DNA of 64,000 nucleotides from Escherichia coli (GTDB lineage Bacteria; Pseudomonadota; Gammaproteobacteria; Enterobacterales; Enterobacteriaceae): NCBI RefSeq assembly GCF_003018255.1, contig NZ_CP027440.1; one strand, 5' to 3'. Shown piece by piece: positions 61,084 to 64,000 of this stretch (position 1 is its first letter; each line of letters starts with the position of its first letter). The notes under the pieces were generated by a model. It saw only the letters and a program-made list of their open reading frames with translations, ran no database searches and was not told where the DNA came from. The position numbers and the translations under genes were made by a program.

Positions 61084-61992
61084 TTATTCTTCGCGGATGC
61101 CGGAAAGTTCTGCGCGGGAGAGCACCAGACGGGCGCGATCGATAACCGGACCGTCCACCATCTTGCCGTTCAGGGAAACCACGCCGAGGCCTTCGCGAGC
61201 GGCGGCCTCGGCGGCTTCTACGACGCGGCGGGCGTGATCCACTTCTTTCTGAGTCGGTGCGTAGAGGTTGTGCAGCAGATCAATCTGACGCGGGTTGATC
61301 AGCGATTTGCCGTCAAAGCCCAGCTGTTTGATGTGGGCGGCTTCTTGCAGGAATCCGGCTTCGTTGTTAGCGTCGGAATAGACGGTATCGAACGCCTGAA
61401 TACCCGCAGAGCGCGCGGCCTGCAAAATGGAGCAGCGTGCGAACAGCAGTTCAGTTCCTTCCGGGGAGCGTTCTGTACGCAGGTTGCGCACATAGTCTTC
61501 TGCACCGAGGGCGATACCGATCAAACGCTCGGAAGCGTGAGCGATTTCCACTGCGCGGGTAATGCCCAGCGGAGATTCAATCGCTGCCAGCAGGCCGGTG
61601 CTGCCGGGTTCACGACCACAGGCTTTTTCGATGCGCAGGATCTCTTTTTCGATATCCAGAACATCCTGAGCGGTATCGGTTTTCGGCAGACGCACAACGT
61701 CCGCACCACCGCGAACGACGGCTTCCAGGTCGTTAACACCCCATTCGGAATCCAGCGCGTTTACACGCACAATGGTTTCAATATCGCGATACAGCGGATG
61801 TTGCAGCGCGTGGTAAACCATGCGGCGGGCTGTGTCTTTTTCACGCAATGCCACGGAGTCTTCGAGGTCAAACATCAGGGCATCAGCCGGGTAGATGAAT
61901 GAGTTGCTGACCATCGCGGCATTGGCACCAGGCACAAACAACATGCTGCGGCGGGTGCGAGTTTTACGTTGTTGCAGCGAAGCGGAAATCAT
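61084..61992 (-). CDS. citE: Citrate lyase beta subunit CitE
   Basis: ORF 61084-62007; start assigned to [24 protein letters not shown]. Confidence 0.9.
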
Positions 61993-62285
61993 TGGCAATC
62001 CTCCCATGGCAGAGCCGGGATACCGCTGGCGCGTGCCAGCAGGGCTTCCAGTCGTGCACGTAAAATGCAGTCCAGTGCGCCTTTGTCATCGACATTCAGC
62101 TGTACGCCGCGCACGTTGTAGCGGGCGAGAACGTCCAGAATGGTGGTGCGAATTGCATCGCCAAACTGTTTCTCAACGCTGCTGTTGATTTGCAGGTCGA
62201 TATCCTGCGTATCGAGTGGGGCGATGCGTATCATCACATCCCCAGACTCAAGGGTGCCTGCAACGGCGGGCTGGTTTATTTTCAT
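61989..62285 (-). CDS. citD: Citrate lyase acyl carrier protein CitD (gamma subunit)
   Basis: 98-aa [27 protein letters not shown]... Confidence 0.95.
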
Positions 62286-62299
62286 TTTTCACCTGTTTC

Positions 62300-63358
62300 T
62301 CATGCGGGGGTCTTTTGACGAGCTGCCGCGTCCTGGCGGGAGTGCTCAAGCAGGTTCTGCAAATAATGCAGCGTGACTGCAGGGACCAGCGGCGCGATAG
62401 CCGTGAGATCGTTTTTCGCCAGCAGTTGACGTACCCGGGAAGCGGATATCGGCATCTCCTGGTAACGCAGCCGCTCAATTTCAACCAGTTCGATGGGCGG
62501 TGCGGAGATAGTCGGTGTTTCCAGCCAGTAGCGCATATCCTGGTTGTACTGGGCAGTAACGCGACAAAAGGGTTCAGTACCGACAAAGCGGTGAGTTACA
62601 CCCAGCGCGGGAGCGAGGTACTGACGGAAAATCTTCAGATCAATTTCGGTGTAACAATGGTTAATGACGCTCTGTTCTTTAATGAAGTAGCAAGGGAACG
62701 TAGCGCGGGAGATGATGTATTCGGAGCCGCGATGCACAGTCAGGCGTGGAATATCGGCGGTGCCTTTTAACACCAGATCCAGTCGGTCTTCATAGGGGAA
62801 GCGTGAAGAATCTTCTTTGACTAAAAACAGATGCAACCAGTCGCACTGTGCCGCAGCCTGTTGAATCAGATAACGGTGACCATTCGTAAAGGGATTGGCG
62901 TTCATCACAATGCAGCCAATCTTGTTCCCTGGATGACAAAATTTTTTCAGCGATTCGGCATAGCGTTTCAGTCGCGTGGCGCTGTTTTCCATCAGCACCA
63001 TCACGCCGGGTACGCTGGTCAGCGTGGAAAAACCGCACTGGCGGAACAGCGCCTCGTATTCGGTTTTGGTATAAATAAATAGATGCGTGCTGTGCCGCTC
63101 ATAGGCGAGGTTAATTAGCTCGGTGGCTAATGTCAGCGCCAGTCCTTCACCGCGAACGGATTCACTGATAGCAACGCATTTAATAATATTTCCGGCAATT
63201 CCACCGCACGCGATAAGCTTTTCATCGCGGGTTACGGTAATAAATACTTCGACTGTGGTGTCAACGCTCAAATCATTTTCATGCAGGAATTGGGCGATTT
63301 CCGCCATTTTTTTATTTTCTGAACGTTTTACACGGGTGAAAATATCATTGCCGAACAT
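62300..63358 (-). CDS. citC: [Citrate (pro-3S)-lyase] ligase CitC
   Basis: ORF 62300-63445; known start MFGNDIFTRVKRSENKKMAEIAQFL at internal Met. Confidence 0.9.
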   Translation of the reverse strand: MFGNDIFTRVKRSENKKMAEIAQFLHENDLSVDTTVEVFITVTRDEKLIACGGIAGNIIKCVAISESVRGEGLALTLATELINLAYERHSTHLFIYTKTEYEALFRQCGFSTLTSVPGVMVLMENSATRLKRYAESLKKFCHPGNKIGCIVMNANPFTNGHRYLIQQAAAQCDWLHLFLVKEDSSRFPYEDRLDLVLKGTADIPRLTVHRGSEYIISRATFPCYFIKEQSVINHCYTEIDLKIFRQYLAPALGVTHRFVGTEPFCRVTAQYNQDMRYWLETPTISAPPIELVEIERLRYQEMPISASRVRQLLAKNDLTAIAPLVPAVTLHYLQNLLEHSRQDAAARQKTPA

Positions 63359-63737
63359 AATAAATAGTATCCTGAAGGTGCATGTTGTTATCGATTTGCA
63401 ACAAATGTTGTTCGATGTTGCAAACTGATAACCTTTTATTTTCACTTGGGAGAAAGGGGGGCGATCGAGGTATATCTTTTTCTCCTTTCGCTATACATCC
63501 TAAGGAGTATTGCAGCGTGAAATTTTGATTTATTTCACATAGAGTTAGTGGTTTTTTATTTATTTAATGGTTTTAAGTTTTTTAATTAATGTAATTACGA
63601 AATGACCCGCAGGTTTAAGTGATTTAATTGATTTAATGAATAAAATTTGCCACGATTATATTTAATATCTATGTATTTTGATTCAACATTTTAATTACAT
63701 TCGTCAAAGAGGCTCGGGACAACCCGCAAGGAAAACA

Positions 63738-64000
63738 ATGTTGCAGCTTAACGAGAATAAACAGTTTGCATTTTTCCAAAGACTGGCATTTCCGCTGCGT
63801 ATCTTTTTGCTGATTCTGGTGTTCTCAATATTTGTCATTGCAGCCCTGGCGCAATATTTTACGGCCAGTTTTGAGGACTATTTAACGCTTCATGTGCGCG
63901 ATATGGCAATGAATCAGGCAAAAATTATTGCTTCTAATGACAGTATCATCAGCGCAGTGAAAACGCGTGACTACAAGAGGCTGGCGACCATCGCTGATAA
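63738..64000 (+). CDS. citA: Sensor histidine kinase CitA (DpiB), N-terminal fragment (continues past window end)
   Basis: ATG at 63738 gives MLQLNENKQFAFFQRLAFPLRIFLLILVFSIFVIAALAQYF...; divergent from citC. Confidence 0.85.
   Translation, partial: MLQLNENKQFAFFQRLAFPLRIFLLILVFSIFVIAALAQYFTASFEDYLTLHVRDMAMNQAKIIASNDSIISAVKTRDYKRLATIAD

Overview
Escherichia coli chromosomal segment, collinear with the K-12 cus to cit region (cusS' cusR / cusCFBA, pheP, ybdG, nfsB, ybdF, ybdJ, ybdK ... entD, fepA, fes, ybdZ, entF, fepE, fepCGD, entS, fepB, entCEBAH, cstA, ybdD, ybdH, ybdL, ybdM, ybdN, ybdO, dsbG, ahpCF, uspG, rnk, rna, citTGXFEDC, citA'). Gene calls come from reading the translated ORFs against remembered K-12 proteins; several ORF-track starts were trimmed to the known start codon. 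The standout is a strongly AT-rich accessory island of about 6 kb (about 13.9-19.8 kb) between ybdK and entD. It encodes a small signal-peptide protein whose predicted mature N-terminus is glycine, followed by a tightly coupled five-gene operon: FtsX-like permease, TolC-like outer-membrane factor, HlyD-like periplasmic adaptor, ABC ATPase, and an Lnt-like N-acyltransferase with an apparent E-K-C triad. This architecture matches the Aat (AatPABCD) composite secretion system with an Aap/CexE-family glycine-acylated substrate, known from EAEC/ETEC plasmids; here it sits in the chromosome, flanked by a divergent hok-like gene plus an unassigned remnant on one side and a degenerate IS630-family transposase on the other. 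Whether this particular substrate or locus is already described cannot be decided without a database search. Also present: an intact IS3-family element (IS1397-like) inserted into a REP unit between fepA and entD, and apparent absence of ybdR between uspG and rnk. No rRNA, tRNA or CRISPR arrays were seen. Exact GC values and homology scores were not computed.
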